Virus genome (UHGV): UHGV-1342921
Source: a virus
Reading direction: 5' to 3' (one strand)
DNA length: 64,000 nucleotides
The position numbers and the translations under genes are program-made. This document shows positions 42,075 through 50,957 of the stretch, piece after piece. The number at the start of each line of letters is the position of its first letter. Position 1 is the first letter of the stretch. The notes beneath the pieces are model-generated. The model was given only the letters and a program-made list of their open reading frames with translations, did no database searches and was not told where the DNA came from.

Positions 42075-42355
42075 TGATTCAGTATCTTCTTAAAACCACC
42101 GAGGAAATCATGGTCGACACCGAGGTCGACGTCGATTCCCTTCAGGACTTTCTGAAGCGCGACGCAGAGGAGCAGAACTACGTCATCAAGACGTTCTCTT
42201 ATGAGAAGAAGGTTCGCAAGATGAAGGGCGAGGAAGACGAGGAGTATTACAAGTGCAAGGTGGTCAAGCTGTTCAACAGTGAGAAGTACCCCGACCTACC
42301 TCTTCGCAAGGTTGTTTACACGGGCTTCAACGACGGCAGGAGCGATGAGATTTGA
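42074..42355 (+). CDS. Hypothetical small acidic protein
   Basis: Start overlaps the preceding stop (ATGA). Confidence 0.4.
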   Translation: MIQYLLKTTEEIMVDTEVDVDSLQDFLKRDAEEQNYVIKTFSYEKKVRKMKGEEDEEYYKCKVVKLFNSEKYPDLPLRKVVYTGFNDGRSDEI

Positions 42356-42621
42356 TAGACATCACCAAAGAGAAGATGACTCAAGAGGAAATAAGCTCCA
42401 ACCTTCGACTTGACGGATTCTCTTGGTGCTACTTTTCAACGGCGAAGGGTCGGTTCGGCTTGTATCTTGTGCCGACCCTTCGCCAGGACGGCTTTCCCGT
42501 CAATGTGACAGTCATGGACAATGACGGTAGGGTCGTCATTTACGAGCATCATTTTGACGTGCCGAAAAAGGAATGGAGCAATTTCTTCAACAATATCATT
42601 GACCAGTTGAACGACATTTAG
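42352..42621 (+). CDS. Hypothetical small protein
   Basis: Start overlaps the preceding stop. Confidence 0.4.
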   Translation: MIDITKEKMTQEEISSNLRLDGFSWCYFSTAKGRFGLYLVPTLRQDGFPVNVTVMDNDGRVVIYEHHFDVPKKEWSNFFNNIIDQLNDI

Positions 42622-42628
42622 GAGGAAC

Positions 42629-43084
42629 ATGGAAAAGGACATGCTATCGCACAGTGAGTTTGAGACCATTCAGATCAAGTACTTCCCCGGTGCGCCCCAT
42701 CTAGAGAAGATTGACAAGGGCGATTGGATCGACCTATACACCAACGAGGATGCAGTGCTGTTTGAGGGCGAGTCAAAGATTGTCCCTCTAGGTGTAGCCA
42801 TGAAGCTTCCCGATGGCTATGAAGCCATTGTAGCCCCTCGTAGCAGTACTTTCAAGAGGTGGGGCGTTATTATGACGAACAGCCTTGGGATTATCGACAA
42901 CAAGTATTGCGGAAACGATGACCAGTGGGGCATGCCGGTCTACGCGACTCGCAACGTAACCATCCCCAAGGGAACCCGGCTTTGCCAGTTCCGCATCCAG
43001 AAGAACCAGCCTGACATTCTGTTCAAGGAAGTTGACAGCCTTAATGATTCAAACCGTGGTGGATGGGGCAGTTCGGGCGAGTAG
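42629..43084 (+). CDS. dut: dUTP pyrophosphatase (dUTPase)
   Basis: Motifs AIVAPRSS (motif 3), GIIDNKYCG (motif 4 GxIDxDYxG) and C-terminal RGGWGSSG (motif 5 RGxxGFGSTG). Confidence 0.85.
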   Translation: MEKDMLSHSEFETIQIKYFPGAPHLEKIDKGDWIDLYTNEDAVLFEGESKIVPLGVAMKLPDGYEAIVAPRSSTFKRWGVIMTNSLGIIDNKYCGNDDQWGMPVYATRNVTIPKGTRLCQFRIQKNQPDILFKEVDSLNDSNRGGWGSSGE

Positions 43085-43096
43085 GAGAGGTTCCCA

Positions 43097-43375
43097 ATGT
43101 CAGTATTCGTTCTTGAATTTAAATTCCGCGAGTGGAACGAGGATGAAGGAAAATGGTTGGTCAGGAATCCGGACGAGTACCTGTTCTATGCTGATGCGGA
43201 AGCAGCTTTAAAAACGGCCTCTGAAGTTGCGAGCTCCAAATATTCATACCAAAAGCGTGGTTGTCCGTCAAGCATCTCCTTGTACTCTTTCCAAGATTGC
43301 GACGTCGTTACTGCCAACGACATTCGCTTGCCCGTTGCACAATGGACGGACCTTGATCATTCACGAAAATATTAG
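43097..43375 (+). CDS. Hypothetical small protein
   Basis: GGAGAGG RBS upstream. Confidence 0.4.
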   Translation: MSVFVLEFKFREWNEDEGKWLVRNPDEYLFYADAEAALKTASEVASSKYSYQKRGCPSSISLYSFQDCDVVTANDIRLPVAQWTDLDHSRKY

Positions 43376-43399
43376 TGGAAGGAGCGGTGAAAACAGCCA

Positions 43400-44275
43400 A
43401 TGCCAAGAACCATAGATCCTCAACCAGCCATCGAAGCTCTTGAGGAAATCGTAATCAAACCAGCTTCGAAAGTTGTCACACCGACTCTTGGATGTATCAT
43501 CGAAGACAAGAGCGAGTCAAACAAGTCTGACTGGATCTATCTAAAACAGCTTATCAAATGTGCCAACAAGTACGGAGCAGAGATTGAGACGCTTTCTTGT
43601 TTTGGTTTACAAGACGCCTATAAGAATATTTCGACACTGAAAAACGACTCTAGGATTGACGGCATAATCATCTTGTCTTCCTTTAAGAAGGGTGACGACC
43701 AGTTCCTCAAGAACTACATCCCGATGCCTCTTGACATTGACTGCGCGTCTGCCGTCTCCCTTGGACACATGCTTTACGACCGAAGCGAGACGTTCTATAG
43801 GGGTGCACCTTGTACAGCTGGAGCTATATACAAGCTCTTGACCTACAATGACGTTGACGTAGCGGGCAAGCGAGTCGGTGTCGTAGGCAGGTCCCCAAGG
43901 GTCGGTAGGCCTGTCGCACAGCTTATGTCAATAGCAAACGCGACAGTTACGCTCTATCACTCAAAGTCAGACCTGTCTTCTCTTGCACAAGAGGACGTTG
44001 TGATTTCTGCAATCGGCAAGCCAAAGTTTTTAAAGGCAAACCTGTTCAGAGAAGGGCAGGTTGTCGTGGATGCGGGGATCAACGTCGATGAGAACGGCAA
44101 GCTCTGCGGTGACGTCGACTACGACGAGGTCTGCAAGGTTCTCGGTGACTCCGGTGCAATCACACCTGTGCCGAACGGGGTTGGTCCTTTGACGAACGTC
44201 GTCTTGTTCTCCAAGCTGTTCGCAAACAAGTACACGCTCCGAGGCTACACGTTCTCTCGCGGGGTCAACTCGTGA
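43400..44275 (+). CDS. folD: Bifunctional methylenetetrahydrofolate dehydrogenase/cyclohydrolase (FolD)
   Basis: GKRVGVVGRSPRVGRPVAQLM...NATVTLYHSKS (FolD Rossmann signature GRSxIVGxPxaxLL...atVTxcHsxT) and C-terminal PVPNGVGPLTNVVL (GGVGPMT). Confidence 0.8.
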   Translation: MPRTIDPQPAIEALEEIVIKPASKVVTPTLGCIIEDKSESNKSDWIYLKQLIKCANKYGAEIETLSCFGLQDAYKNISTLKNDSRIDGIIILSSFKKGDDQFLKNYIPMPLDIDCASAVSLGHMLYDRSETFYRGAPCTAGAIYKLLTYNDVDVAGKRVGVVGRSPRVGRPVAQLMSIANATVTLYHSKSDLSSLAQEDVVISAIGKPKFLKANLFREGQVVVDAGINVDENGKLCGDVDYDEVCKVLGDSGAITPVPNGVGPLTNVVLFSKLFANKYTLRGYTFSRGVNS

Positions 44276-44766
44276 TGGATGGCGTAGAAATAGTCTTGTC
44301 GCTAGACCAGGCTTTAAGAACCACCGGATATGCCGTCTTCCAAGGAGACGACCTTGTGGCGAACGGCACATTCTCTATCCCCTCTGACAAGCCTATGGAC
44401 GAAAGACTTCACCTGTTCATGAAAGAGGTACAAAAGCTCAAACGGCAATATGAGCCGGATGTGATTTGTTTTGAGGATATACAAGACCAGAACAACACGA
44501 AGACGTTTAAAATTCTGGCGTATGTTCAAGCGTCGATGCTTATATTCTGCGCTTTGACAGACTCCAAATACTGCATTTTAGCGCCATCACATTGGAGGAA
44601 AGTCCTAGGAGGCGGGTTCGGCAGAACAAGAGCTGAACAAAAAGAACATTCCATTGCTATCGTAAAAGAACGTTTCGGTATCGACGTTGATTCAGACACG
44701 GCGGACGCGATTTGTATTGGATTGGCTTATCTTGAAGAGAGTAAATTATGCTCGCGGTCACAATAG
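44272..44766 (+). CDS. RuvC-like Holliday junction resolvase
   Basis: IVLSLDQALRTTGYAVF (RuvC motif I with catalytic Asp). ...CFEDIQ...; SDTADAICIG (C-terminal DxxDA motif). Confidence 0.7.
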   Translation: MMDGVEIVLSLDQALRTTGYAVFQGDDLVANGTFSIPSDKPMDERLHLFMKEVQKLKRQYEPDVICFEDIQDQNNTKTFKILAYVQASMLIFCALTDSKYCILAPSHWRKVLGGGFGRTRAEQKEHSIAIVKERFGIDVDSDTADAICIGLAYLEESKLCSRSQ

Positions 44767-44836
44767 GCGGAATAATTACCTTTGTTGCCGTCGCTGCCAT
44801 AGGAATAACATTCATTTTACTTAAAGGATGACGTAT

Positions 44837-45013
44837 CTTGAAGAAATCAGACTATGATGTAATAGATATTATTTGCGCTGCTGTACTAACACTATTTGGC
44901 ATTTACCTCGTTTTTGTTCTTGTCGTTGCCGTAGTTAGTGAAATACAAGCAGCCAATGGAGAGACTCCAATAACCACCAAGACCTGTTGCTGTTGTGAAG
45001 TGAAGAATAAGTA
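44837..45013 (+). CDS. Small single-pass membrane protein (58 aa, TTG start) ending in a Cys-rich tail; below the ORF-track size cut-off
   Basis: Translates as MKKSDYDVIDIICAAVLTLFGIYLVFVLVVAVVSEIQAANGETPITTKTCCCCEVKNK with a hydrophobic 22-residue core. AAAGGA upstream. A terminator follows immediately. Confidence 0.35.
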
Positions 45014-45015
45014 AA

Positions 45016-45060
45016 TAAAAAAAGCCCCCCTATACCAAGTTGTATAGGGGGGCTTTTTTA
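45016..45060. terminator. Bidirectional rho-independent terminator (AAAAAAAGCCCCCCTATAC...GTATAGGGGGGCTTTTTTA) between the convergent RuvC-side and endolysin-side transcripts
   Basis: Long GC-rich stem flanked by an A-run and a T-run. Confidence 0.8.
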
Positions 45061-45100
45061 GTGTGTGTGTTTGTCTTGCTTTATAGGAAAAAATTAAAAA

Positions 45101-46723
45101 TTAAATAGTGCCTGCGTTGAGACGACGCTGAAGCTCTTGCACGCAAGTGGAACCTTCGTCAAGAGTGCCGTCAACGTATGTGCCCATCCTTGTCTGAAGG
45201 GCCATGATAGTGTCTGTGCCGATTATGCCGTCAGCCGTGACGCCGAGGACGTTCTGGAGAGCCCTGATGACAGGCGAGCCCTTGGCTGTGCCGTCGCACA
45301 TCCAACCAGAGGTGAGAGCACCATTGCGGTTGATGTTCGGTGCCCACTGGTGCCAGACCTCACCGTCGGCATATGTGCCGAAGTAGTTCTGGAGCGCCAT
45401 TGTGGTGTTGCGTCCCCAATAGCCATCGACGTCAATTTGAGTCATGGTATCAGGCGTGGAGGGGGTCACAGTAGGCGTCTTGTCAGAAGAGCCGTCGCGC
45501 TTGGGTCCGATGTAAACCAACTTTCCGTCCCAACCTCCGTTTCCATAATTCGCGTAAGCCTTGATATTTGACTCCCAGCCTGTCTGGTCTCCCTGCTGTC
45601 CAGAGATTCCATAGGTCTCGGAGATGCTGAACTGCATCATGATGTCCGGCTCGGCAGACCAGCACATGGCTGTATGATGAACCTCGTTGAGGTAGATGTC
45701 ACCAGTCTGGGCGATATAGCCGTCACCCATTGGGTGCCACTCGAAGAGGCCTGTGGAGAGGAAGCACTCCCTCATATTGCCAGTGTAGGTAGCGTTGCCA
45801 GTGCAACCAGGAAGGGCAAGCTCCCAAGCCTCGATGACGGCGGACGAGCAGTCGAAGTCGCCGTTGGGGATAGAGACCTGTGTGCCGTCGGACAGGGTGA
45901 CAACCTCGCGGGTGCCGTCCCCCCAGCGCTGGTACTGGCTGTAGCCATGACCGCCGTTGCCGTCGTGGGTGACCATGTGGTGCATGATCTCGGCAGCGAC
46001 CTGCTGATAGGTCAGCTTGCCAGTCTCCTCGGGGACGTCCTGTTTTGGAAGGTCTTCAGAAGGCACGTCAGGCGTGTCGTCCTTCGGAGGATTGGCAGGG
46101 ATGGGCTGTCCGCAGTAAGGACACTTCTTGGGCTCCGAGGGGTCTGTCTTTGTTTGTGGGAGCATACTCTCGTTGAGGACCTCATTGACATCGGCAGGAC
46201 CAGCACCAGGCACATAGGCCTCGGAGTCATACTGCCAGAGGTCGCACTCAACGTTAGGCTTGTAACTGCTCCACTTGGCGACCCAGCGGTTCACGCCCGA
46301 GACGTCGGTGAGGTAGTTCTGCCACCAAGACTCGCTGGAATAGATGCCAGGCTTGTAGCCTGCATTACGGATGACGTCACAGAAGACAAGAGCGTTGTTC
46401 TGTGCGACACCCTCTGTGCCAGGCTCCTCTGCGTCAAAGTACACAGGGTAGCTTGGGTGATAACCCTTGATGGCTTCCACGCACTGTGTGCCCTCAATCT
46501 CGGCTGATGCCGTGCTGGTAGCGTATGAGTACCAGTAGAAGCCATAGGGGATGCCGAGCCGCTCGCATTCAGAAACGTTCGTGCCAAGGTTGTAGTCTAG
46601 ACGTCCGCCCGAGTCAAAACGACCAAAGCCGACGCGAATGATTGCATGATAACCAGCGTCCTTGATCTTTTGCCAATCAAGGGTGCCGTCATGCTCGGAT
46701 ACGTCTATTATTCTTTGAGACAT
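45101..46723 (-). CDS. Endolysin: N-terminal GH25 muramidase, central CHAP-like Cys/His peptidase region, and two C-terminal PG_binding_1 repeats
   Basis: IIDVSEHDGTLDWQKIKDAGYHAIIRVGFG...GFYWYSY (GH25). DFDCSSAVIEAWE...H (CHAP-like). DVDGYWGRNTTMALQNYFGT and TADGIIGTDTIMALQTRMGT (peptidoglycan-binding domain repeats). Confidence 0.75.
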   Translation of the reverse strand: MSQRIIDVSEHDGTLDWQKIKDAGYHAIIRVGFGRFDSGGRLDYNLGTNVSECERLGIPYGFYWYSYATSTASAEIEGTQCVEAIKGYHPSYPVYFDAEEPGTEGVAQNNALVFCDVIRNAGYKPGIYSSESWWQNYLTDVSGVNRWVAKWSSYKPNVECDLWQYDSEAYVPGAGPADVNEVLNESMLPQTKTDPSEPKKCPYCGQPIPANPPKDDTPDVPSEDLPKQDVPEETGKLTYQQVAAEIMHHMVTHDGNGGHGYSQYQRWGDGTREVVTLSDGTQVSIPNGDFDCSSAVIEAWELALPGCTGNATYTGNMRECFLSTGLFEWHPMGDGYIAQTGDIYLNEVHHTAMCWSAEPDIMMQFSISETYGISGQQGDQTGWESNIKAYANYGNGGWDGKLVYIGPKRDGSSDKTPTVTPSTPDTMTQIDVDGYWGRNTTMALQNYFGTYADGEVWHQWAPNINRNGALTSGWMCDGTAKGSPVIRALQNVLGVTADGIIGTDTIMALQTRMGTYVDGTLDEGSTCVQELQRRLNAGTI

Positions 46724-46758
46724 TTATTCTTACCCACTTTCTATTGTCGTGGTTTTTA

Positions 46759-47739
46759 TTAGTAAATTTTAACAGGTACACCGGAGCTGTTATAGCGATA
46801 TACAGCTTTGGCTTTTTGCGGTACGCCCGAACTGTTATAAACATATATGTTTTGAGCAGGAAGTGGCGTCCCTGCTGAATTATATACCCAGATTTTAGAA
46901 CTTACCTTATAAGGGGCAGAAGAGAAAGAAGGCCAAGAGGTGCAATCTGCTTTTGTTCCACCACAGAAGAAGAATCCTGCGCCTAGATAAGAGTTGTAGT
47001 TAGCACCTCTGTTTTTCCATCCACCGATAAAAGTGGTTGAAGCATCTCCGTGCCAGTTTGAAAATACTACTGGGCACAATACCTTCGCTCCCCAACCGCT
47101 GTTGTAAGACATTGGGAATAGGTTGGATGCGATATCATCTCTACCGCTAATAGCAGAGATGTTCCTACTGGGACAGGTTGCCCTATAAGTGCTTTTTGCG
47201 GTAGAGTTTGGATTCCAGCTAGTGAAATAGCTTACAGAAGTGCTTTGGTTTGTGCCGTTGAATCTCTTGGTAAATTCCATGCCACCGACAGCGATAAACG
47301 GGATTATTCCCGTTGGGACAGTAGGCCAAGTAAAGGACGTTTCAAAAGTAGCATTCCAATAAGTCTCTGTTCCCGACCCTTCAGGAGTCGCTGTATAGAC
47401 CTGCTTTTGGCCTATTACTGACAAGGTTCCTGACTGGTTGATACTGGCAAAACCAAAGTCGATTGGAAAACCTGCAATGTAGCCAGGTGCCCTAAACGCG
47501 AACGACGCATGTGCATATCCCTTTCCGTTACTAGCCTTATAGCAGTCGTGGAATCGGATTGCAGGCCGGCCACAGATAAAACTGCCAGAAGAAGGCATGT
47601 AACACACGAAGTTGTTTCCTACATCGTTCCAGTTGTCCCAATAGACAATAGTCGAAGTAGCATTCCCAAGCTGATATTTGTTATGATTTTTAAGCTCTGT
47701 TAAATTCTCATTGCATAAGCCGAGCCAATTTTGTGCCAT
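46759..47739 (-). CDS. Tail-fibre/receptor-binding-like protein with C-terminal V/Y-rich YxYNSxGxP repeats
   Basis: Start at MAQNWLGL with an AAAGGAG RBS. C-terminal IWVYNSAGTPLP, IYVYNSSGVPQKA, VYRYNSSGVPVKIY repeats, similar to the C-terminal repeats of the 49102 gene. Confidence 0.45.
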   Translation of the reverse strand: MAQNWLGLCNENLTELKNHNKYQLGNATSTIVYWDNWNDVGNNFVCYMPSSGSFICGRPAIRFHDCYKASNGKGYAHASFAFRAPGYIAGFPIDFGFASINQSGTLSVIGQKQVYTATPEGSGTETYWNATFETSFTWPTVPTGIIPFIAVGGMEFTKRFNGTNQSTSVSYFTSWNPNSTAKSTYRATCPSRNISAISGRDDIASNLFPMSYNSGWGAKVLCPVVFSNWHGDASTTFIGGWKNRGANYNSYLGAGFFFCGGTKADCTSWPSFSSAPYKVSSKIWVYNSAGTPLPAQNIYVYNSSGVPQKAKAVYRYNSSGVPVKIY

Positions 47740-47865
47740 AGGTTTTACTCCTTTTTTCTCTAAAAAAAATACGAGAATACCGTAATCCCGCATAGCTGAC
47801 GAGACTATGGGTTCGATGCGGTATCCTCGTATTTGATTTTATTATATCCATCAAAAAGAAGTTTA

Positions 47866-48024
47866 TTCCTCTGTGGCAAACTTTTTTCGAAGTTGCTCGG
47901 CTTGTTCAGCAGAGAGCTTTGAATAAGAGGCGATTATATCCTCAAGAGCCTCTCCTTTGTTAAGTCGGATAGCAACGGCACGCTCTATAACGCGATACCC
48001 AACTGCACTGACAGCCATCTTATT
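47866..48024 (-). CDS. Small protein (52 aa), below the ORF-track cut-off; ATG overlaps the upstream stop
   Basis: GGAGAATAAGATG junction. Translates as MAVSAVGYRVIERAVAIRLNKGEALEDIIASYSKLSAEQAEQLRKKFATEE. Confidence 0.35.
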
Positions 48025-48586
48025 CTCCAATCAGGTCGGCAAGGACCAAGTTGATATCGTTGATTTGATTTTCGAGGTCTGATGTGGCACCCTCTTTTTC
48101 AGCAAGCGCAAGAATGATGTCATCTACAGAAGACAGAAGATTCTGGTATTCTGTGTTTTTCTGTTCTCTCTCTTGAGCGTCGGCACGTTGCTGGTCTTCC
48201 CTAGCCTTGATTAAAGCAAGCTCGTCTTCTGCGTAGAGCTTGTAGCGAAGAATTTGCTCATACTCAAACCACTCGTGCTCGCCTTCTGTCGGAGGCTGGT
48301 CTTCCACCTTACGAGAATCCACAAAAGTGGCCTTCATGCCGTTGAGGGATTTGTTGGTGAACATATAGGCACCCGTCTTTAGATCGACGGAGTATTCGTC
48401 GTTCGGCACCCATATACCGTCTTCATCATCATCAAACTTGAATAACGTTTCGAGATGGGTCACAGCGGGAGCAACGTTTACCTCTGGATGATGAGCGATA
48501 AGAAAATAGTCTTCTACAAGGTGGCCTTTTGTGTCGTCAACATCGGATCGCTGAATCTCTTTGTCTTGCTCGTTAAGAATTCGCAC
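48020..48586 (-). CDS. Hypothetical tail-associated protein with a C-terminal coiled coil
   Basis: ORF with an acidic, coiled-coil-like C-terminus (...REDQQRADAQEREQKNTEYQNLLSS...). Confidence 0.45.
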   Translation of the reverse strand: MRILNEQDKEIQRSDVDDTKGHLVEDYFLIAHHPEVNVAPAVTHLETLFKFDDDEDGIWVPNDEYSVDLKTGAYMFTNKSLNGMKATFVDSRKVEDQPPTEGEHEWFEYEQILRYKLYAEDELALIKAREDQQRADAQEREQKNTEYQNLLSSVDDIILALAEKEGATSDLENQINDINLVLADLIGE

Positions 48587-48601
48587 AAAAGCTCCTTTCG
48601 C

Positions 48602-49090
48602 TTAATATTGGATATAGATGTCGCCATTGCCTCTAGCGGTATTTGTTCCAGGAGTGGCAGTACCACTGAAGATACCAATTGCGGTACGGACATTCGGCTT
48701 TGAAGAGAACCAATATGTTGTTCCGTCTGTGTCAGATTGTATGTTGTACTGCCGATATACAGCAAACCCTCCGTTTAATGCGGTCCCGTTTGACATTTTG
48801 TTTGAAGCATAAAAAGCCATAGAAGAAGGAGCGTTGTTTCCTGTTCTAAAACTATGGGTAATTTCTCCGCACTGCGTTCCGTTTTTATCATACATAAGAA
48901 TTGAAGGACCGTATATATTCTTGGTTTGGGTTGTCCCTACAGAAGCGGAGCTGTTTGTTGTTTGTACTCCTAGTTGAGTCTGATTAGTGCTCTTAATTGT
49001 TTGTGTTGACGAGCCTCCATTTAATCTTACATAATGGCTGTCACACTGGCTTTTAAAAGTGCTTAATCCAGTTTCGTCTAGAAAAGCCAC
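48602..49090 (-). CDS. Tail-fibre/receptor-binding protein (short); shares the N-terminal MAFLDxxGL attachment motif; GTG start
   Basis: MAFLDETGLSTFKSQCDSHY...; S/T/N/G-rich composition typical of fibre proteins. AAAGGAGG RBS. Confidence 0.55.
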   Translation of the reverse strand: MAFLDETGLSTFKSQCDSHYVRLNGGSSTQTIKSTNQTQLGVQTTNSSASVGTTQTKNIYGPSILMYDKNGTQCGEITHSFRTGNNAPSSMAFYASNKMSNGTALNGGFAVYRQYNIQSDTDGTTYWFSSKPNVRTAIGIFSGTATPGTNTARGNGDIYIQY

Positions 49091-49101
49091 TTTTACCTCC
49101 T

Positions 49102-50190
49102 TTATTTATAAAAATAAGAATTCGGGTATCCGTAAACAAGAGTCGGCTCAATCTTTGTACCGTTCTTCTTATAACAATATACCTGAACATTCTGTGTCGG
49201 CTCAACTTTTGTGCCGTTTTTCTTGTAATAAGAAATGCTTCCCGGTTGTATAAGGACGGGGGTCGTTGCATTCTTATAATAATAGATAGAGCTTCTTGGG
49301 GTCGGCATTATGATTCTAGTCCAAGCGACGCCAGAGTCATAATAACAGCTTTCTCCATATTGATTAGAGAACGTCTCGCTCCCTTTTTCTGATTTTTTGG
49401 TGAGGTTATCAGGACTTTGAGGGGGAGACTCTACAGAAGAACTACTGTTCGCTTCTGCGTCCCAGTCCCAGTCTTTAATCACAGAAGCGAGAGTAAGAGG
49501 CCTTGCATAACCTGTATTATCAACCCAACTACCAAACTTTAATTTAAAATATAGCTCTCTTGAAGGGATGGTTGTTAAATCAAGCGTTATCGTCGAGGTG
49601 ACAAAACTGTTATCTTGTTTAGCGAGGGTATCTGTATCTATTGCGCTATGCTTATCATATGTATCCGCATTCACGGTATTGGAGACATTATATTGCGTTG
49701 GAAGTGAGTCTGCGCAGTAAGAAAGTGCAAGTCCATAATAATTAAGTATTCTTTCGTTTTTTCCATTAACTTTTTTAGGAATCCATACAAGATTTGATCC
49801 GTTTGAGAGAAGTCTGTCAACGTTTGTGATTGCATTAGTAATTTTCATACCATATAAATCACCAGCAAAAGATATATAATAATATTTTATATTTTTCCAC
49901 AAGGGTTCTGCATAGAATTTTAAGGTTGCTTTGTTTTTTTCTATCTTTGTACAACGGACGTTCCACACAAAAGCCATCCTGGGATTAGATCCAACTATAG
50001 AAGGATAGTCTTGATAAATATCGCTATGAGGAGCAAAGATTGCTTTATAGAATTTTTTGTCGGTGTATGGTTCTGGCTCCAAACAGAACTTTGTAGGAAT
50101 TTTATTAACTATATATTCTGGCGACTTTGCATTTGGATCTGTGGCATTGGGTAGTGCCGAAAGATTAAATCGCCATAAAGTCCCTGCCAT
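49102..50190 (-). CDS. Receptor-binding/tail-fibre protein with C-terminal YYKKNGTK-type repeats
   Basis: AAAGGAGGTG RBS. C-terminal ISYYKKNGTKVEPTQNVQVYCYKKNGTKIEPTLVYGYP repeats. Confidence 0.5.
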   Translation of the reverse strand: MAGTLWRFNLSALPNATDPNAKSPEYIVNKIPTKFCLEPEPYTDKKFYKAIFAPHSDIYQDYPSIVGSNPRMAFVWNVRCTKIEKNKATLKFYAEPLWKNIKYYYISFAGDLYGMKITNAITNVDRLLSNGSNLVWIPKKVNGKNERILNYYGLALSYCADSLPTQYNVSNTVNADTYDKHSAIDTDTLAKQDNSFVTSTITLDLTTIPSRELYFKLKFGSWVDNTGYARPLTLASVIKDWDWDAEANSSSSVESPPQSPDNLTKKSEKGSETFSNQYGESCYYDSGVAWTRIIMPTPRSSIYYYKNATTPVLIQPGSISYYKKNGTKVEPTQNVQVYCYKKNGTKIEPTLVYGYPNSYFYK

Positions 50191-50210
50191 TCAACAGCAC
50201 CTCCTTTATA

Positions 50211-50846
50211 TTATTCATATTTGATATAGATATCCCCAACAGTCATTCCAGTAATTTTACCAACAGCTTCAGTTCCAGCCTTTATTGTCTTCCCTTTAAC
50301 AGGGATTCCATCTTTGTTAAAGTAGACCCATGACTCTGAACTTCCTACTGTCCTTGGTGTAAAAGTTGAAGTGCTGGCGTTGTAAGAAGCAAGAGACGTG
50401 CTAGAGGCTTCGATTCCTTTTTGTTTTATGTTCATACGAATCTGCCTTACATTGGAGGCAGTGACATTGTCTTTAGGATTATAGACAAAGCTCATAACAC
50501 AACCGGCTTCGCTGTCTTTATCTCCGGCAACAGCTCCAACGCTTAATGTGCCTCCATTAACACTTTCCATTCCTATAACCGGGAAATAGTGTTGTGAATC
50601 TGGAGATGGATTGGCTCTATATAGACAACATCTCTCTTTTGAGTTATAGTAGCTATAAGAGTCTGTCTTGACGTAGGCCTTTTGGTTAATCTGCCCCGTC
50701 ATTGTTCCGCCAGATAGAGGAAGATATGGAAGATGCTCGGCATCTCCCTTTGATAAATAAATATTGCTTGCGTCTGCCTTTGATAAATATAAGGCATCAC
50801 AGCACTCTCTCAAAGCATGGAGTCCATTCTCGTTTAAAAAGGCCAT
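50211..50846 (-). CDS. Tail-fibre-associated protein sharing the N-terminal MAFLNENGL motif
   Basis: Start at MAFLNENGLHALRECCDALY with a GGAGGA RBS. Preceded on its strand by a terminator hairpin. Confidence 0.5.
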   Translation of the reverse strand: MAFLNENGLHALRECCDALYLSKADASNIYLSKGDAEHLPYLPLSGGTMTGQINQKAYVKTDSYSYYNSKERCCLYRANPSPDSQHYFPVIGMESVNGGTLSVGAVAGDKDSEAGCVMSFVYNPKDNVTASNVRQIRMNIKQKGIEASSTSLASYNASTSTFTPRTVGSSESWVYFNKDGIPVKGKTIKAGTEAVGKITGMTVGDIYIKYE

Positions 50847-50861
50847 TTTATCCTCCGTTTT

Positions 50862-50905
50862 ACAAATAAAAAAGGAGTGGAGGAAACAACGTCGCTCCAC
50901 TCCTT
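50862..50905 (-). terminator. Rho-independent terminator (minus strand) after the 751-aa fibre gene
   Basis: Minus strand reads GGAGTGGAGCGACGTTGTTTCCTCCACTCC followed by TTTTTTATTTG. Confidence 0.65.
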
Positions 50906-50957
50906 CTTTAGATTTCATTTCTATATTATAACAACTTTACGGCACTTTTATTCAAAG

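Noticed and set aside
45137-46507. Plus-strand ORFs of 144 and 277 aa
   Set aside because: They are antisense to the well-supported endolysin gene in GC-rich sequence. Open frames of this kind are typical antisense artefacts.
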